Assembly (NCBI RefSeq): GCF_902652985.1
Contig: NC_047023.1
Coordinates: 19,158,001 to 19,222,000, forward strand
Source of the DNA: Pecten maximus
Lineage: Eukaryota
DNA: 64,000 bases
Direction: 5' to 3'
Shown here: piece by piece, positions 14,300 to 27,791 of the stretch
Layout of the letters: every line of letters begins with the position of its first letter
Numbering within the stretch: the first letter of the stretch is position 1
The notes under the pieces: model-generated
The model's database searches: none
What the model saw: only the letters and a program-made list of their open reading frames with translations
What the model was told of the DNA's origin: nothing
Position numbers and translations under genes: made by a program

Positions 14300-15600
14300 A
14301 ATGTGTCAGACATCTCAGCAGAATATTTCAAGCACAAAAAGCTTTTGGCTATAAACGGATATCGTCTCTACAGCCGAGGGTTCGCTGTTGAGACACTATT
14401 CTGTCCTGATAAAAGCACATACAAACGTTTTCAACAATTCTCGGAATAAAGGCGTTCGGCAATTTTACACAATCAAATTGTTCCACCATTTTGCCGACCG
14501 CGCTGAACATAGGAAATTGATGACATATTCTCTGAGCCTGTCTTTCGAATCGTCGCCACTCGGGGATGTACGAATACAAATGTACGCATACAGATATTCA
14601 TTTTGTAGGACCAGAAACAAATTAGTTCCAGAAGTATTCTCAAATAACGGGAATCTATATATACGATTCGCGTGGCAGTACAAGCACTTTATTCCAAACA
14701 AGAAGTAGCTATTATGATTAAATTGAATCATATTGAGCCTATATTCCTATTATCAAATTATATTGAGTGTCCACACATTGGCTCACTTTGAGTTACCTTG
14801 GATACCATTATTTTGTTCACGTGTTCATTTTAACAGTCAACTAACGCGATGCTAAATACGGTCGGTAATTGATCGGTCGGTATCCGCATCATCATCGCAA
14901 TGGGAGCGCTGACCAATATTGACCCGATCTTTGGATTATTTCTCCGTAGTCTTGGTTCGAATCCCACCGGAATCGTCAAAACGATAGCAATGCCTAATTG
15001 GATGCGTTAATTGCTTATCAATAATCCTCTACCATCTATTAGCTATTTGACGTGTAAACTTGAAAGGAGCTGATACCAACGACGTTTCGTGTCAGATTTG
15101 TGGATACCTGACACCATAGCGACAGCAGTCCGGCGACATTCACTACCTGTGTGAATTTACCTACTTAAACATACACGAGGATAACAACACATGGCCCCAC
15201 CAGCCGCTGCAACTAACGACACAGCGATTAACATCTCACTGACAAAGTCAAGCCTGACACTAACTGTCCAGCATACTAGTTGACAACACTGGGTAATATT
15301 GAGAAGAGCATATCCGTATGGCCTGATCTACTCGGCATACCCTACTACTATACATAGGCCCGCCATCGACCAGAACCGGCAGGTGACAAAATTCATAATG
15401 TATGTACATGGTGTACGACACTAGCATGGACTAGCGCCGTACGGTGCTCTACACACGATTGGCGCGGCTGAATGCCATTGCATAGCGCGGTCTATGGACA
15501 AGCGAACTGCAAGTATTGGCGGCAAACACCTTGATGAAAGCAATCAGCGCCATAAGAAGCTGTGACTATTTAATTTTACTATCAAGACAATTTATTATCT
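14300..15600. promoter_or_regulatory. CpG-rich promoter-like region upstream of the RasGRF gene
   Basis: Unique sequence with visibly higher CpG density than the downstream intron; inverted CCAAT boxes (attgg near 15458 and 15516). TSS not determinable from sequence. Confidence 0.45.
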
Positions 15601-15995
15601 GTCTTTGTGTGGATTTTAAATTAACTAGATTTTTTGTTATAATTTCATTGAATAACCAAAAAACATGACTTGGTTTTACGGAATTACGCGGAAACATACT
15701 TAACATACCTTGTTTGCGACAGATTATCTCCACGAGAAATGCTTTAAAAATCTATGTGGAAATATTCTTGTGACGAGACTGTAAAGTTTCGGAAGGTGTT
15801 CATAGTGTGTCGTTTTAAGGAGGTTTTTGCGTTGTTGTATTTGGAGAGATTAAAACTTTCAACACCGAGTACGGACAGAAATGGAAACTTTGCATAAATT
15901 AACGTGGATGGTTGTGAGACACAGGAATAGCTACTTAACTTGCTGGTCGATTGGTGGGGATTAGCTATGTAAGGAAGATATCGCTCCCAACTAAG
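15600..15995 (+). other. Putative non-coding 5' exon of the RasGRF gene (start approximate)
   Basis: Donor-like AAG|GTACGT at 15995/15996. The coding exon is preceded by an acceptor-like tgctttcAG ending at 16928, which implies an upstream exon. Confidence 0.35.
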
Positions 15996-16961
15996 GTACG
16001 TATTAAGGAATCACTATCCCCTGTATCCATGTTATCCCCATCATTTGTTTCTTCCTTCTGTGACCTACATGGACAATTATTTTTTCACTTATTTTTTTTC
16101 TCCCGTAAAAATAGCGTGCTTAACAAAAGCATGAGTTCAAGGTGCGTGAGTTCCACGCGCTATAAGGATTTGTTTGGAAGTCGGCCGATGATGTCATTGG
16201 CTGATAATTGCATATCTCCAATTAGCGCGAGATCCGTCTGGTGGGAAAACTGAGAGATTATTTGCAATAGCACGATACATTACTAGATTTCGCCATTTCC
16301 TCGAAGTTCCAGGCGGAAACCAGATAGCAATCTCTAATAGTCACTAAGGAAAGAACACAAACGGTGCTTGTAAACTGGCGACATGGTTTAGTTATCTGTT
16401 TTCTATAATACCGAGAGTAGAATGCAGCCTTCAATGACAGTATTTTTAAATAACAATTTTACTAACTCTAAAAATAAACGATTGTCATAAAAAAAATCCT
16501 TGATGAAAGTTTTGCAGGAATTGTATCTGTTGCGTGCACTAATGAGGTGAAAGTTCACATGACCGACTAATTACTCGTTCGGTTAAACATTAGTCTCTGC
16601 TCTACTTCCCTGCGTATCGACAGCAGTAGTTCCAATTTATAGAATTATAAGATAAATAGATCTAATATGTATATAACCGGTTACACTATGATCAGGTCAG
16701 TTGTACATGTATGTGTTAGGTATAGATTTACTGCGTTGTTTCGCTACATCAGTTGTGATGAATGTTACACAACAGATGCACATGCTAGCTTGGTGGAAGT
16801 TAACTAATTAATAATATCATAAAATATCGTACTGTTCAGGTAGAGTGGGCCAGTCTGTTATATATATAGATATCTTGCTACGCACTGAAATGTAATAGGC
16901 GATAAGATTTTTCACACACTGCTTTCAGATTTCATGAGTTCGCCATCACAGTACTACCACA

Positions 16962-17234
16962 ATGCAGAAGGCGATCCGCTTCAACGAAAACCAACTACTC
17001 TACCTAGCGTCGAAATCGAGGCGGGAGAATACTATAGCTGGGTATCTTCACAAGAAAAGTTCGGACACTGGGAAATGGCAACTCCGTTATTTCATATTGT
17101 ATCAAAATCTATTGTTTTACTTTGAGAGTGAGACCGCCGGGAGACCGTCTGGTGTCGCCCTGCTGGAAGGTAGCTATTGCGATCGAGTTTTGACTCCGGC
17201 TGCATTGAAGGCCGGGAAGGACACCGAGAAACAG
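16962..17234 (+). CDS. RASGRF1: Ras-specific guanine nucleotide-releasing factor (RasGRF1/2 orthologue), first coding exon, N-terminal PH domain
   Basis: MQKAIRFNE...GYLHKKSSDTGKWQLRYFILYQNLLFYFESETAGRPSGVALLEGSYCDR...EKQ closely matches the RasGRF N-terminus as I recall it (MQKAIRLN...GYLSKRSSD..KWQ.KWF.L.QNLLFYFES....RPSG..LLEG..CDR...EKQ). It ends at a consensus phase-0 donor CAG|GTAAGT (17234/17235) after 91 codons. An invertebrate gene would be co-orthologous to RASGRF1 and RASGRF2. Confidence 0.95.
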
Positions 17235-18611
17235 GTAAGTCACGGTAATTGATTAAAACTATTGGAAATATGATGTGCGTGTTAAAATGCATATCGATCT
17301 GAAATCTAAGTCGGCTACGTTTTATTTCAGAGAATACTGATTTAGAGCACACAATGGCCAGATTTGTTCATGCATAACGAGTGTGTGTGTAGTTCTACAC
17401 GCGACAAATCGAACATTCTCTTGTAGAACGATATCGCGAGTTGTTAGCGCCAAAATGGTCGATTTGGTTTGTAAATATTTTGAGTTTACAATTGTCTACC
17501 GCGGGTTGGTTTCCTGTTTCTAAATGGCGTTCACTGTTAAATGAACAGATTACCGGTGTGTTGTATATCTAGGTATGTGGGTGTTATTCATTGTTTATTA
17601 CGGTGGTCAGTTGCGTAGGTATGAACGATGACCAGACTACTACACATGTGATCGACAACACAAATGAAGACAGACACGTGTGACCTCTGTGACCTTGTTC
17701 TTGTTTACATTTGTGAGAACACATGTTTCAGCTTCTGTATAAAGTGACGCGTGTATGAAAAATGTATATATATATATACACACTGTATATCAACATATCG
17801 TTAGCACATTCCCTCAGGTGATGCTGGGTAAACTAGTTCACCTGTGAAGTTGTAACAGGTGAACATGTGGAGCTGTAAATACCATTAAAAACAAAATGTT
17901 TTGCAGCTAAACACACAAAACCTCATCAGCTTATACTTCAAGTGGAAAACTTAGCTGGTGGCTGGTGCTAGCTCTGCCTGGCAATAGTACATGTATATTC
18001 AGTGTGTTATATAAAACATTTACCAGGTACATCCAGTGATATTTTGGGGTACATTTGGGGCCGAATATAGGCCCCTTTCCCTAGTGAGACTTTGTATTTT
18101 CTCAATTTTGTGTTCATATTTTTCCAATCAGAAATTGTTTAAATGTCTATGTACATCAATTTGTATGAAATATTGATCAGTATTTATTTTAAGCAGATGC
18201 ACTTACAGGTATACTGCTAGTTCATATTCATCAAATGTAAATTAAACATAAAAGATATGTTAATATTGCCCCAATCAGCAAACAATATAACTGTATTTTA
18301 CAAAGGAACAGGCCCCTGTAAAATCCCACTAAGGTACACATATTGACTAGGTCACTGAGGAGGTTATTTCCATTTCATGAATGTTTCTGTTCCTGTCTTA
18401 CTTCCAAAAATCATCTTTAAAGGACGGATATTATCTCCCTAAAGGAAGAAAAACTTTACTGATTGTTATGAAATATTCTACTGTTTGAAATAACCATGAA
18501 TATAATTATATATCTGTGCTGATATATATATAGCAGTTCATCATTATTAAAAATCTGTTCATGGGATGTCTTTATCAAACATCCTTGTACAACCAAATAA
18601 AAACATCACTA

Positions 18612-18690
18612 TGTTTTTTTTGCTGGGTTTATTACCCCATGAACAGCCAGTGTAATTTTAAGACAAAGTCTCCTTGTAGTAGTTAGTGAC
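18612..18690 (-). mobile_element. 3' end of a family-A SINE that runs into the 68-bp array
   Basis: Aligns by eye to the reverse complement of 27983-28060. Confidence 0.75.
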
Positions 18691-19830
18691 ATACAACAGG
18701 AGAACTGTCTGTTGTACTCCTGTCCTATTTTGGTTGTCTCCTTGTAGTAGTTAGTGACATACAACAGGAGAACTGTCTGTTGTAATCCTGTCCTGTTTTG
18801 AGTCTCCTTGTAGTAGTTAGTGACAAACAACAGGAGAACTGTCTGTTGTACTCCTGTCCTGTTATGAGAGTCTCCTTGTAGTAGTTAGTGACATACAACA
18901 GGAGAACTGTCTGTTGTACTCCTGTCCTGTTTTGAGAGTCTCCTTGTAGTAGTTAGTGACATACAACAGGAGAACTGTCTGTTGTAATCCTGTCCTGTTT
19001 TGAGAGTCTCCTTGTAGTAGTTAGTGACATACAACAGGAGAACTGTCTGTTGTACTCCTGTCCTGTTATGAGAGTCTCCTTGTAGTAGTTAGTGACATAC
19101 AACAGGAGAACTGTCTGTTGTACTCCGGTCCTGTTTTGAGAGTCTCCTTGTAGTAGTTAGTGACATACAACAGGAGAACTGTCTGTTGTACTCCAGTCCT
19201 GTTTTGAGAGTCTCCTTGTAGTAGTTAGTGACATACAACAGGAGAACTGTCTGTTGTATTCCGGTCCTGTATTGAGAGTCTCCTTGTAGTAGTTAGTGAC
19301 ATACAACAGGAGAACTGTCTGTTGTAATCCTGTCCTGTTTTGAGAGTCTCCTTGTAGTAGTTAGTGACATACAACAGGAGAACTGTCTGTTGTACTCCTG
19401 TCCTGTTTTGAGAGTCTCCTTGTAGTAGTTAGTGACATACAACAGGAGAACTGTCTGTTGTACCTCTGTCCTGTTTTGAGAGTCTCCTTGTAGTAGTTAG
19501 TGACATACAACAGGAGAACTGTCTGTTGTACTCCTGTCCTGTTTTGAGAGTCTCCTTGTAGTAGTTAGTGACATACAACAGGAGAACTGTCTGTTGTACT
19601 CCTGTCCTGTTTTGAGAGTCTCCTTGTAGTAGTTAGTGACATACAACAGGAGAACTGTCTGTTGTACTCCTGTCCTGTTTTGAGAGTCTCCTTGTAGTAG
19701 TTAGTGACATACAACAGGAGAACTGTCTGTTGTACCTCTGTCCTGTTTTGAGAGTCTCCTTGTAGTAGTTAGTGACATACAACAGGAGAACTGTCTGTTG
19801 TACTCCTGCCCTGTCCTGTTAGTGACATAC
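18668..19830. repeat. 68-bp minisatellite (gtctccttgtagtagttagtgacatacaacaggagaactgtctgttgtactcctgtcctgttttgaga), ~17 copies
   Basis: Period 68 measured at 18841/18909; highly homogeneous. Confidence 0.98.
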
Positions 19831-20324
19831 AAGCTTAGGAGAATTTTCTGTTGAGCTTCTGTCCTGTTTTAACAGTGATTGAAGCTAGGTGGCATGGTTA
19901 CATATCACTCGATAGTACCCCAGCTGTCTCTGCTAAGGTTCTTGTTGTGGAGTCTGATATGAATAGCTATCTATATTCCACATTTAATCTAGCCAATGTC
20001 AATGATAATACAAATATCAATATTTGATATCTTAGAGGTAAAAGAATTTGCAATAATTCTTAACAACATTGGTCCAATTTTTTTCTAATTTTAACAGCAC
20101 ATACCAGCTATCGCCCTGTTTTAAATTATATTTTTATTTCAACAGCACATACCAGCTATCGTCCTGTTTTGCAAACAGGATTCTGTTTTGTTTGATGACA
20201 AAAGATAGAGTACTACCCTAATACATAGTTGTTTGTACTTATCTCTGCCGTCAGGAGAGCTTGGTTTAAAGCAGAGCACCAGGCAATGCAGCCGCTGGTC
20301 AAGTATATAAGTATATAGATATCG

Positions 20325-21955
20325 GGCATTGCACCTCAGTTTAAAGTCAATGGAGACCAAGCATTGTAACTTAGAGTTAAGGTCAGTGGAGATCGAGCAT
20401 TGTAACCTCGAGTTAAGGTCAGTAGAGATTGGCATTGTAACCATGAGTTAAGGTCAGTGGAGATTGGCGTTGTAACCATGAGTTAAGGTCAGTAGAGATT
20501 GGCATTGTAACCATGAGTTAAGGTCAGTGGAGATTGGCGTTGTAACTTAGAGTTAAGGTCAGTAGAGATTGGCGTTGTAACCATGAGTTAAGGTCAGTGG
20601 AGATTGGCGTTGTAACCATGAGTTAAGGTCAGTAGAGATTGGCATTGTAACTTAGAGTTAAGGTCAGTAGAGATTGGCGTTGTAACTTAGAGTTAAGGTC
20701 AGTGGAGATCGAGCATTGTAACCTCGAGTTAAGGTCAGTGGAGATTGGCGTTGTAACCTTGAGTGAAGGTCAGTAGAGATTGGCATTGTAACTTAGAGTT
20801 AAGGTCAGTGGAGATTGGCATTGTAACCATGAGTTAAGGTCAGTAGAGATTGGCATTGTAACCGTGAGTTAAGGTCAGTGGAGATTGGCATTGTAACCGT
20901 GAGTTAAGGTCAGTAGAGATTGGTGTTTTAACCGTGAGTTAAGGTCAGTAGAGATTGGCATTGTAACCTTGAGTTAAGGTCAGTAGAGATTGGCATTGTA
21001 ACCGTGAGTTAAGGTCAGTGGAGATTGGCATTGTAACTTAGAGTTAAGGTCAGTGGAGATTGGCATTGTAACTGTGAGTTAAGATCAGTGGAGATTGGCA
21101 TTGTAACTTAGAGTTAAGATCAGTAGAGATTGGCATTGTAACCGTGAGTTAAGGTCAGTGGAGATTGGCATTGTAACCTCGAGTTAAGGTCAGTAGAGAT
21201 TGGTGTTTTAACTTAGAGTTAAGGTCAGTGGAGATTGGCATTGTAACCGTGAGTTAAGGTCAGTAGAGATTGGCATTGTAACCGTGAGTTAAGGTCAGTG
21301 GAGATTGGCATTGTAACTTAGAGTTAAGGTCAGTAGAGATTGGTGTTTTAACCGTGAGTTAAGGTCAGTAGAGATTGGCATTGTAACCGTGAGTTAAGGT
21401 CAGTGGAGATTGACATTGTAACTTAGAGTTAAGGTCAGTGGAGATTGGCATTGTAACTTAGAGTTAAGGTCAGTGGAGATTGGCATTGTAACTTAGAGTT
21501 AAGGTCAGTGGAGACTGGCATTGTAACTTAGAGTTAAGGTCAGTGGAGATTGGCATTGTAACTTAGAGTTAAGGTCAGTAGAGATTGGTGTTGTAACCGT
21601 GAGTTAAGGTCAGTAGAGATTGGCGTTGTAACCGTGAGTTAAGGTCAGTAGAGATTGGCGTTGTAACCGTGAGTTAAGGTCAGTAGAGATTGGCGTTGTA
21701 ACCGTGAGTTAAGGTCAGTAGAGATTGGCGTTGTAACTTAGAGTTAAGGTCAGTAGAGATTGGCGTTGTAACTTAGAGTTAAGGTCAGTAGAGATTGGCG
21801 TTGTAACTTAGAGTTAAGGTCAGTAGAGATTGGCATTGTAACCGTGAGTTAAGGTCAGTAGAGATTGGCGTTGTAACCTTGAGTTAAGGTCAGTAGGAGA
21901 TTGGCATTGTAACCTTGAGTTAAGGTCAGTAGGAGATTGGCGTTGCAACCTCGGT
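20325..21955. repeat. 35-bp minisatellite (gagttaaggtcagtagagattggcattgtaaccgt), ~46 copies
   Basis: Period 35 measured at 20401/20436. Confidence 0.98.
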
Positions 21956-22769
21956 TGAAGATTCGAGGTGTGTGGTTTGATACCTTGTAAGGGCAGTTTG
22001 TGGATTTCCAAAAGATGGGATCATGTACAGCCTTGCAGTGTTTTGTTCTTGGTTCAAATCACTTTACCCCCAATTACTCTGGGGCCTATGTTGTTCAATG
22101 AGGTTGCTACCAGGTATTAAAATTAAGGAGATCTGCCTGTATTTGACTCTGAATGTTCATGGAAGTAACCTGAAGCCAGCTAACAAACTGATTGTGAAAC
22201 ACCTAATTGATTATGGTCCAGAGTAATTTTAATGACAAGTAGAAATGTCATACACATTTTTTTAGCATATCCTACTTTTTTCTTATTGAAGACTTAATTA
22301 GAAATATGTTTTACATACTAAAGATAAAAGTCTAAAGTTTGAAGTTGAAGACTGAGAACTAGAGCTCTCACAATGGTATGATGAATATTAGGTTTTGCAT
22401 ATAGATCAGAGTTTATCTACATTCCATTAAATAACCAGCTGGTTGCATTCAAAAGAAACGTTTCTTAAATGAGATATTGCTTGATTACAAAGCAGGAATA
22501 TTTTCATGCTCATAACATTGCTTTTGTACGATTTCATGTCTTATAAGCGAACCTATGAGCTCGGCACCCCTATTATTTTCCAGAAAGAGGATATATATGT
22601 TTAACTAAACTCTAGGAAAGGGTTGCTGACCTCTGATCTGCCAATGCAATTTTTTTTAATCAAGGACTGTCCCAGAGAAATAAAAAATCTGTCTATACCA
22701 GACAAGGATTGTTTCCCCAGATTCTGATTTCATGTTGAAACTTCCCTTTAAACATGGTTGGTGCAGATG

Positions 22770-23235
22770 ATAAAAAGTGCTGGAATTTGGGTCAGTGCTG
22801 GAAAAGAGCTTGAATTTTGGTTCAGTGCTGGAAAAGTGCTGGAATTTGGGTTCAGTGTTGGAAAAGTGCTGAAATTTGTGGTCATTGCTGGAAAAGTGCT
22901 GGAATTTGCGGTCAGTGCTGGAAAAGTGCTGGAATTCATTGACTTACTTGCTGTAAACATGCTTTTCAGATTCCTTAGAAATCAATGATTCATCTGAAGA
23001 AAATCATCAAAAAGATTTTAATCATCACAATTGTTTTACTTTAAAATTCAAGAGTATGCAGATCTGGTGTTATTACAAATGCTGTCTATTTAAGCACCTT
23101 ACTTACACCATGCACTTTCATTCTTAAAATTGCCTCAATTCCCTGGAAATTTGTTAAAAAATGCACCAGAAAAATTGAGAAAAAGTGCTGGAAAAGTGCT
23201 TTAATTCTGGCATGAAATATCTGTAAAAACCATGT
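22770..23235. repeat. 30-bp tandem (gtgctggaaaagtgctggaatttg...) plus an isolated downstream copy; possible decayed hAT-like subterminal region
   Basis: About six units at 22775-22937; the motif recurs near 23185, followed by tctgtaaaaaccatg. The repeat is seen directly; the TE origin is inference. Confidence 0.6.
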
Positions 23236-23972
23236 TAAATGATGTATTAAATGTACTGGTGTTTTTTTTTTGTGCACTGGTGATATTGTTCTTATTGCAT
23301 ATAGGTGCATTCACTATAATTAATTTTAATTTCAAAATATTTTTACTGCCTCAAAAAGGCCAAACAACCCGGCTAGGAATATCTTGATATGAGCAAAAAC
23401 AATGGAATAAATTTCCAGTGTCTCTATAGATGAAGTATAACGGTTCTTTAACAGAAACACTTGACTTTACCAAAATAAAAATGTGTTTCAAGAACACATG
23501 ATAAAGTAGCAGAGTGGAAAATCCTGTCGGGTGTAAAGCCTCATTATTTTGGGGCGTTTCTGACATATGAAGAATGTCACTTGAAGGTTAAATAGTACCC
23601 CTCAGTCTCTTAGATAAATCTGTCATACCTCAACCCAGTCTCTAAAGATATTTTAGAGGTCAGCCATGCTGAAATTTTGGTTTTAGATGTATCATGTTAC
23701 TGGTTCTGTGACAGAGCATTACCGCTGTGGAAACTATGAAAACAGGTTGGTGATGATAGAGATTTTTGATTTATTTTCTTAAGATGCCATAAGGAAGATA
23801 TAGATGAACTTCTTTTTTCCATAATGGTTTTTTCAATTTTGTAAGAACAAATATTTTCTTTTTGATTCACTAAACTTTCCAGAACAAAATATCAATAATC
23901 TGAGTTATAAATAACTGATCAAAAACCGGCATTTGCATAATTTTTTATCAGTGGAAAATTTGATACATTTAC

Positions 23973-24300
23973 TTAAGCATTGATGTCATTTTTTTTTAGT
24001 TTCATTGGGGTATGAAACAAATCTTACAGAAGTTTGCAAACAAAATTTGTTTCATACCCCGATGAAACTAAAAAGAATGACATCAACGCTTATAATTAAT
24101 TTTTGAAAATGATTTTCTAATTTAAAACATGTTTTATGTACAATTTTACTGGTTTTAAATGGGATTCTTTTTCTCAAATCAATACGCAACATCAATTGTC
24201 GTATTGTGACTTCACATTTTTCGCGCCATTCTCGGAATTTCTTTCCGACCAATCACATTTGAGTATTTACCATGAAAACAAAGAAAAATTAATTATTGGT
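23973..24300. mobile_element. Dispersed element with a ~50-bp-arm internal palindrome (possibly Crypton-like, non-autonomous)
   Basis: aagcattgatgtcat...tagtttcattggggtatgaaacaaat pairs with atttgtttcataccccgatgaaactaaaaagaatgacatcaacgctt. A related inverted copy lies at ~35365-35590. The family name is tentative. Confidence 0.55.
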
Positions 24301-27300
24301 AAATATATTTTTGAAATAGGTTTTGTGTTAATTAAAAGGGAAGCCAATTAGATAATATATAGTATTTGAATTATAGTTTGTTTTATGGTAAATGACACCA
24401 TGAAGATAATACCATATTGTCTGGAGATAAGCCCATGTCTTCTAAATAAGCTCACTCATTGACCCAATGCCAATTATTGTTCAGTGAAAATGCTAGCAAA
24501 AATATTTGAACTATTTCACTGTCCTGCAATAAGTCAATCTCTACTTTGTTTCAATTCACTTTGTGTTAGTCTTCTGTGTTTATTACAGGATCAATTTGGT
24601 ATATAGTATTGTCAGTTTCTCTATTTTTAATTTGTATTTTGAAATTTACAGATTTTTTGAAATTTTGAGTATTTCAGCAGAAAAATGATAAAAGAAACAG
24701 GAATTCAAGTATATGAGATCAAACTTCTTACCTTTAGATAGTCACTGCTGGTCATATGTCTTACCTGCAATATTGCCATGAAGGAACTATGAAAGGAATA
24801 CACAGCATCAAAATGAAGGCTCAGGAATACCTTGACAGGGGAAGTAACTCTAAGGAGAGAAAACTCTTTTTTGCTGCTTCACAAAAAAAGCTGAAAGAGT
24901 TGAACTCATCTTTAAATTGTATTAATCAAAATTGTTGAAGATCTACAGCAGATTGACTATTGACTGAAGACTTCAGCACCAAATGCTTTTGTTTTTCTAT
25001 ATCTTGTTCACACTCAAGTTTCTATGGCAACCTATACATTGTATATGGTGTACATAGATGCTTATACTGTCTGTTGAAATAGTCCCTTAATATTTTCTGT
25101 CTCTTGTTCACATCAAAATTCTATAACGACAATTATTTATACCATGGTACCATAATTCTTACAGATAGTCCTTAAATCCCTTTATTTTTCTGTATCCTTT
25201 TTTCACATTAAATATTCTAGAGACAAATTGTGTATGGCACCAAAATGCTTACAGTCTGTTCTAAAAAAGGTCCCCTTTGTTTTCTGTAATATATGGTACA
25301 ATGGAGAATTTCCCTAGAGATGGACACCGATGCCAACCCTCACTATAAGGTAGTGCTATTTCAAGAGGTCTCTGCTTGGTTCTCTCCTGGCTTGGTGGAG
25401 TTAGGCACAAAACCTAATTACCTATCATATGCTTGAGGACCTGTGGCTCTCAAGGCAGTTTAACCTTTTGTTGGCCATAGTTTCAGCAGATAATCGGGCA
25501 GCCTTAAGGTAACAGATTGATCATTATCTTTGGAGCATTTGGCTAAAGGATAATATGTGGTGCCTGTCATTGATTTTATATTATTATAATAAATGTGAAG
25601 TGAGCACGCTTGATCAACTGATTAACGCTGATATGATAAGCCAGCTACGGGTCTTATGTGCATCACCCTGGAATCCGTGATTATTTCATTTGTGAAATCT
25701 TGATCATTACATTATGAGGCGTAAGTCACCGGGACTGTCCTCAGCTTCAGCTTCCTATCGTAAAGGCAGATCTCAACTGCTAGGGAAAGACCTGGTATAT
25801 ATGCTTTCCTATATGAGACACAAACTGAACAGCGACATTTACATCAAGTGCATTATGGTAATAAATTTAGTACTTTGTAACTAAATGCAGTTTATAGACT
25901 GATCTGGTGACCAATCCAGGGTAAGATAGACTGTTGGAAGTTGTTGCCCTGTAGTCAGAGAGCTTATCTCAGCTTCTCAATAAATATATGGATGGCTGCA
26001 TTGTAAAGGCCATCTTTGACTTTAGAAGAAGAGTTGGTTTTATAAATGCGTGGGAGAATGAGGTTTATGCAGGACTATAAATAGTCCTGAAGACTCCGAA
26101 AATATGATTTTATTACCTTAAATATAGACTTCATTCTCAGAACACTGGACGTATTTTACATTGAGGTTAGGGACAAAAATACATTGGTTATAAGGGGCAG
26201 TATCTCATACACCTGAACAATATAGTGATATATATACACACTCAAACAAAATGACACGTCATAATAAGAATAAACTTAACATTATCATTAGCTCAGTGAC
26301 TATTATTATAGACAAGTTTACAGAATAAGGAAAAATTTATCTTTATAGTTATATATAAATGGTCTCGGTTCTTATATGTTTGATGATCGAAAGTGATTAA
26401 TTTGATTGCTTTGACTGACAAAACAAAGCCATTTGTTGATTATTTGATTAAAGAATAAATGCTAAAAAAAGTATGAGATTTATATTTCCTTTGTGTCTCT
26501 GTTTCCTGTTTTGTACGTAGCTGTTGATTTTCATGTTACCATGGTTACCAGTTGTTTGTCCTTGGGCATGACTGTCCCCCTGACTTATGACATCTCCCTA
26601 GCTGTGGTATCTAAATATAGACTGGTAAACGCAGCACCACGGTGACAGACGGTGACAGACCTTGCCTGCGACACTCTCTGACTGTAACACCGATGATCAG
26701 TCCAGCTCATCCAGCGGTAGGGCCAAATACTCCATCATGAGTCCTAACCTTTTGTGTCTTTGGCCTGTGGGGAGCTGACCTTTATCACAGTGGATTGGAT
26801 TAAAATCACAAACAACATCACAGCAATGTTTGCCCAATATGCACTTACAGAAATATGTTATTACCTGGGAGATATTTTTATTACATATGAATTACCACCT
26901 TCTAAAGCATTGTATTAATGGTTAGAGATACAAATATAGCTTGAAATTACAATGATCCTTAAATAGGCAGTTCATCATTAGTTATATCATACTGTGTAAC
27001 ATTAAACGCTTGTTGTATATAAACTTTCATTGTTTTTATGGTTGCTATGAAACTACAACTATAAATACAATGGATGTACTGCTGTATAAACTTACCGAGA
27101 AAGTTTGTACCCACGAAATAATTTGAATGCTTCAATAAAACCATGAAAAAAAGTACAAACATTCGTTTCATGTTGTAACATTAGATTTTCAGTTTTGTAG
27201 ATTCTATAATGCCATAAAGCCACTTTTCTGGCAGTTCATGACTGCCATCCAATTATACACTATACAAATCACCAGAGGTGAAAAAAACAACAACAAAAAA

Positions 27301-27791
27301 CAAATACCTAAATGATTAATCTTAACCAGTCGAGACAATTAATTTTGTATTTGCAGTTTTTACTGTAATTTTGATCATTTATAGATATTTAAATGATTTG
27401 TTCAATGTATATACATTTTATCAAACATTAAAAATGGAAACTTTAAGAATTGTATAATGCCATTCTAGTTGTTCTGATTATAAAGGAGAATATGTTTTGA
27501 CACTGTTAATAATGTATTGAGAATGGTTAAATGAGGTGAACAGTGCATTAGATTCTTTTCTCCTAAAAGTGTTTGATATTTTTCTGTGAATTCCTAACCT
27601 CTTTTGCTATTGTCTAAAATACATTGTATTGTGGTGAAAAAATTAAAGACATTTGCGAACTCTATTTGGTATTATACGAGTGAATTAACCTTAGGAGATC
27701 ATCAATGATTTTTTAAAACACTTAAACACTTTGCAGTTACAGTTTTCACAAGGGCTGTTTAATATATGTATGGGTTGCTCATTTACATAAA

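Noticed and set aside
17235-17252. VSHGN C-terminus of the 96-aa ORF
   Set aside because: Read-through past the GTAAGT donor into the intron.
5225-21955. 30-35-bp arrays as CRISPR arrays
   Set aside because: Head-to-tail units with no unique spacers, no cas genes, and a eukaryotic context.
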